A DNA stretch of 64,000 nucleotides from Fistulifera solaris (lineage: Eukaryota), in contig AP026130.1 of the NCBI GenBank assembly GCA_030295235.1, positions 1,054,001 through 1,118,000 of the forward strand, written 5' to 3'. The notes beneath the pieces are model-generated. The model made no database searches and had not been told where the DNA came from. It worked only from the letters and a program-made list of their open reading frames with translations. Shown one piece after another: positions 59,983 through 64,000 of the stretch; position 1 is the first letter of the stretch; every line of letters begins with the position of its first letter. Made by a program: the position numbers and the translations under genes.

Positions 59983-62014
59983 GGCAACGTCTTGTTGGCA
60001 TTGGGGTCCCAAAAGACGCGAAAAACGGTGTGATCGAAACTACACAATATCCGGGTATCCCCTCTGTCGATAAATTTCCTACGAGAGCTACGTAAAACTT
60101 CGTAGACATTCGAAGTGTTGCATCACTCGTTCGATCGACATTTTGTTTTCAAATCGATGTCCATAATTGCTTCCTGATACGAATCCAATACGGGGGACAA
60201 GGAAACGTTGGCATCTGTGCACTTTAGATGCATGAATTCATGACGGAGAAAAACACAATATCCGGGTACCCCTGCAGAGATAAATTTCCTATGGCGGCTA
60301 CGTAAACTACGCGTAGACATTCGAAGCGCTTTTTCTTTCTACTGTTCCATGTTTCATTGTCCTTTCAAGGTCGATTATTGTTTCATGGCACGCATAAGCG
60401 ATGTTTGGCAACGTCTTGTTGGCATTGGTGTCTAAAGACGCGAAAAATGGTGTGATCGAAACTACACAATATCCGGGTTTTCCCTCTGTCGATAAATTTC
60501 CCCACGAGAGCTACGTGAAACTTCGTAGACATTCGAAGTGTTGCATCACTCGTTCGATCGACATTTTGTTTTCAAATCGATGTCCATAATTGCTTCCGGA
60601 TACGAATCCAATACGGGGGACAAGGAAACGTTGGCATCTGTGCACTTTAGATGCATGAATTCATGACGGAGAAAAACACAATATCCGGGTACCCCTGCAG
60701 AGATAAATTTCCTATGGCGGCTACGTAAACTACGCGTAGACATTCGAAGCGCTTTATCTTTCTACTGTTTCATGTTTCACTGTCCTATCAAGGTCGATTA
60801 TTGTTTCATGGCACGCATAAGCGATGTTTGGCAACGTCTTGTTGGCATTGGTGTCCAAAGACGCGAAAAATGGTGTGATCGAAACTACACAATATCCGGG
60901 TTTTCCCTCTGTCGATAAATTTCCCCACGAGAGCTACGTGAAACTTCGTAGACATTCGAAGTGTTGCATCACTCGTTCGATCGACATTTTGTTTTCAAAT
61001 CGATGTCCATAATTGCTTCCTGATACGAATCCAATACGGGGGACAAGGAAACGTTGGCATCTGTGCACTTTAGATGCATGAATTGAATGACGGAGAAAAA
61101 CACAATATCCGGGTACCCCTGCAGAGATAAATTTCCTATGGCGGCTACGTAAACTACGCGTAGACATTCGAAGCGCTTTATCTTTCTACTGTTTCATGTT
61201 TCACTGTCCTATCAAGGTCGATTATTGTTTCATGGCACGCATAAGCGATGTTTGGCAACGTCTTGTTGGCATTGGTGTCCAAAGACGCGAAAAATGGTGT
61301 GATCGAAACTACACAATATCCGGGTATCCCCTCTGTCGATAAATTTCCCCACGAGAGCTACGTGAAACTTCGTAGACATTCGAAGTGTTGCATCACTCGT
61401 TCGATCGACATTTTGTTTTCAAATCGATGTCCATAATTGCTTCCTGATACGAATCCAATACGGGGGACAAGGAAACGTTGGCATCTGTGCACTTTAGATG
61501 CATGAATTGAATGACGGAGAAAAACACAATATCCGGGTACCCCTGCAGAGATAAATTTCCTATGGCGGCTACGTAAACTACGCGTAGACATTCGAAGCGC
61601 TTTATCTTTCTACTGTTTCATGTTTCACTGTCCTATCAAGGTCGATTATTGTTTCATGGCACGCATAAGCGATGTTTGGCAACGTCTTGTTGGCATTGGT
61701 GTCCAAAGACGCGAAAAATGGTGTGATCGAAACTACACAATATCCGGGTTTTCCCTCTGTCGATAAATTTCCCCACGAGAGCTACGTGAAACTTCGTAGA
61801 CATTCGAAGTGTTGCATCACTCGTTCGATCGACATTTTGTTTTCAAATCGATGTCCATAATTGCTTCCTGATACGAATCCAATACGGGGGACAAGGAAAC
61901 GTTGGCATCTGTGCACTTTAGATGCATGAATTGAATGACGGAGAAAAACACAATATCCGGGTACCCCTGCAGAGATAAATTTCCTATGGCGGCTACGTAA
62001 ACTACGCGTAGACA
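59983..62014. repeat. Near-perfect ~424-bp tandem array (~4.8 copies) built as a dimer of ~212-bp monomers
   Basis: Recurring ORFs at 60401, 60824, 61248, 61672; core AATATCCGGGT...GATAAATTTCC...CTACG...CGTAGACA at 60046, 60257, 60468 etc. (211-bp steps). Confidence 0.95.
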
Positions 62015-62263
62015 CTGGACGGTTCGTGAAAGATTTTTTTCTGTGTTGATGATTTGATCGATGGTCATCGAAACGCAACGCATCATTCGCTGCAGGGTCA
62101 AACCTATAATCATTAAACCAGACCTTTGAGACAATACATTGGTTTAGAAACGAAATATTAGTTAAAGGTTCACTCTTGATCTATTGGCTTGAAGGTATTA
62201 AGCCAGTAGAGTTCGCTTGCAACTTGCAACAATACATCGAGTCGGGTTTCAATAAAGTCAACA

Positions 62264-63269
62264 ATGTCTGCTTTGGCAAAGAGTCAAAAGGCCAAGGCGG
62301 AAACCTTTGTGCAGCAAGCTGAGGCCACCTTGAACAAGAAAAGCTGGTTCAGCAGCAGTAAAGAGCGCAACCAGGAAGATGCCGCGGAGACGTACTTGCA
62401 AGCGGCAAACGCCTACAAAGTAGGAGGCTGGCAACAAGAAGCCGGAGACATTTATTGCAAGGCGGGAGAAATTTATCGCGATCTGTTGAAAAATCCGAAC
62501 GAAGCTGCTAAGGCTTACAGCAACGCGGGTGAGTAATGATCGGAAGTTTATTTCATTTGTGTGGTCGTGTCTCTAAACATTGCGTATCGAAGGGTCTTGC
62601 TACAAAAAGAGCCACCCGGCGGATGCTGTCTCTGCGTATCAGTCGTCGATTTCCCTCCTCACGGATGCTGGTAGGTTGTCGCAAGCCGCCAAATTGTGCA
62701 AAGAATGTGCGGAACTGTACGAATCGGAAGAAGTTGGAGGGGACGCGAACAAGTCATCTGTAGTTTATGCGATCGAAATGTACGAACAAGCCGCCGAGCT
62801 GTTCACCTTGGAAGATGCGAAAAGCTCCGTCAATCAATGCAACGCTAAAATCGCCGAACTCTGCAGTGCCGCTTTGGACCCTCCCGATTTGCTGCGAGCA
62901 TCCCAGTTATACGAAGACTTAGGTCGTAATTGCTTGGATTCCAATTTGCTCAAGTTCAATGCGAAAGGATACTTTTTGCAGGCGGTTTTGTGCCATCTTG
63001 CGAACAATGATGCCGTTGGCGGCCGTGAAGCGCTGTCCCGATTTGAAGGATTAGACTACACCTTTTCCGACTCGCGTGAGGGAAAGTTTGCCACGCAGTT
63101 GGTGGATTGTGTCGAGGGTATGGATGCCGAAACGCTTGCGACAGCCTGCTTTGAGTATGATCGCATATCCAAACTCGATCCATGGAAGACTTCGATGCTT
63201 GTGAAAGTCAAGCGTAGCATCGAAGGTGACGAGGGTGGCAACGACGAAGATGATTTTGATTTGACTTAA
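62264..63269 (+). CDS. SEC17: Alpha-soluble NSF attachment protein (intron 62529-62592)
   Basis: EDAAETY.QAANAYK, GRLSQAAK..KECAELYE, LLKFNAKGYFL.A.LCHL, F.DSREGK, EYDRISKLDPWKTSMLVKVK, EDDFDLT. Confidence 0.93.
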
Positions 63270-63546
63270 TGAATTAACCGGCGTTTGAGATTCATTCTAT
63301 AAAAAAGAACATTTTAATAATTGAATATTTATGTGCAAAAAGCTTTTATCGTTTGCGACGTAGGAACGGAGGCAAGCTTCTTACAATTTTCAAATCCCAA
63401 AGACGCCAATTATGGTCAAAGCAGCGTGCCAACTTCGGTGACGACAGTGTTCGAAAGAAACAGCAGGTTATAATTTATGCAAACTATCTAGAATCTTGAA
63501 AACGCAAATCAGCATTGACTACATATTATGATGAAAAGAATTTACT

Positions 63547-64000
63547 TTACTTCTTTGCCCGATAGAAGTTGAGATACGACATGTGCCAGTCTCCACCGCC
63601 CTTTAATTTCAATACATCCTCAGTCTTACACGGACTCACTTCATCGTCATCGTACACATACCAATCTTCATTGTCTACGTCCGTATCGGCGATCTTCTCA
63701 ACCTTCCCGCCGCTGGAATTGTTGTCGGCTTTGACCCAAGCCATGTAATGACCCCCGTCTGCATCACGCCCCTTGTGTGTAACAACGGCGAAAAGCTCGT
63801 AAATGCCTTGAAAGTTTTCAGGCAAACCAGGACCCACCGGTGCCAAGGATTCTTCCATACTCATGGCTAACGCAGACTTGAGCTCGTCATCCATCTCAAC
63901 TTCTTCTTCTTCTTTGGCTTTGTCCTCCACTTCCATTGCGTCGACATTACCATTCTCCAACTGGCCCTTTAACTTTCGGTTGATTCTATCTTCTTCCTCC
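63547..64000 (-). CDS. USP14: Ubiquitin-specific protease 14/Ubp6, C-terminal part (5' end outside window)
   Basis: GIYELFAVVTHKGR.ADGGHYMAWVK, W..YDDDEVS, LKLKGGGDWHMSY. Confidence 0.88.
   Translation of the reverse strand, partial: EEEDRINRKLKGQLENGNVDAMEVEDKAKEEEEVEMDDELKSALAMSMEESLAPVGPGLPENFQGIYELFAVVTHKGRDADGGHYMAWVKADNNSSGGKVEKIADTDVDNEDWYVYDDDEVSPCKTEDVLKLKGGGDWHMSYLNFYRAKK

Noticed and set aside
59983..62014. CRISPR-like array (conserved core with intervening sequence)
   Set aside because: Intervening segments are ~150 bp and repeat as A/B rather than being unique spacers; no cas genes; eukaryotic context
59983..62014. 5S rRNA, tRNA, snRNA or hammerhead-retrozyme tandem array
   Set aside because: No recognisable 5S/tRNA/snRNA sequence and no CTGANGA hammerhead core seen on either strand; other structured RNAs are not excluded without a covariance search
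60123..62134. Repeated small ORFs (62-105 aa) as a peptide gene family
   Set aside because: By-products of the tandem repeat; frames change with 1-bp indels between copies and no domain is recognisable

Overview
Gene-dense eukaryotic nuclear DNA, most likely from a pennate diatom. Evidence: short 60-77 bp GT-AG introns, bipartite ASAF-type plastid presequences on PGRL1 and FKBP-MsrA, and diatom-type protein families. About 30 protein-coding genes are recognisable, including GTPBP1/2-like GTPase, PGRL1, syntaxin-6, Pol iota-like polymerase, CLN3, WW-cyclin Y, EXO1, RCHY1, PDE12, MGAT1, a ZIP transporter, alpha-SNAP and USP14. Many are broken by single-base indels in homopolymer runs, which look like long-read assembly errors rather than biology. 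Most notable: (1) three paralogous DHHC-type S-acyltransferase genes that keep the catalytic D-H-x-C (as DHTC) with canonical spacing but have replaced essentially all eight zinc ligands and end after only three TM helices; (2) an apparently related family of ~210-240 bp intergenic units forming several tandem arrays, one a 2x212 bp higher-order repeat with a conserved, potentially double-hairpin core that also occurs as dispersed copies; (3) a 5xHA-Tudor-AT-hook-Tudor protein lying next to those repeats and a MITE, between two of the DHTC paralogs; (4) S1-NKAP and SlyD/FKBP-MsrA domain fusions. No rRNA, tRNA or CRISPR array was recognised. All family assignments come from motif recognition by eye; no searches were run.
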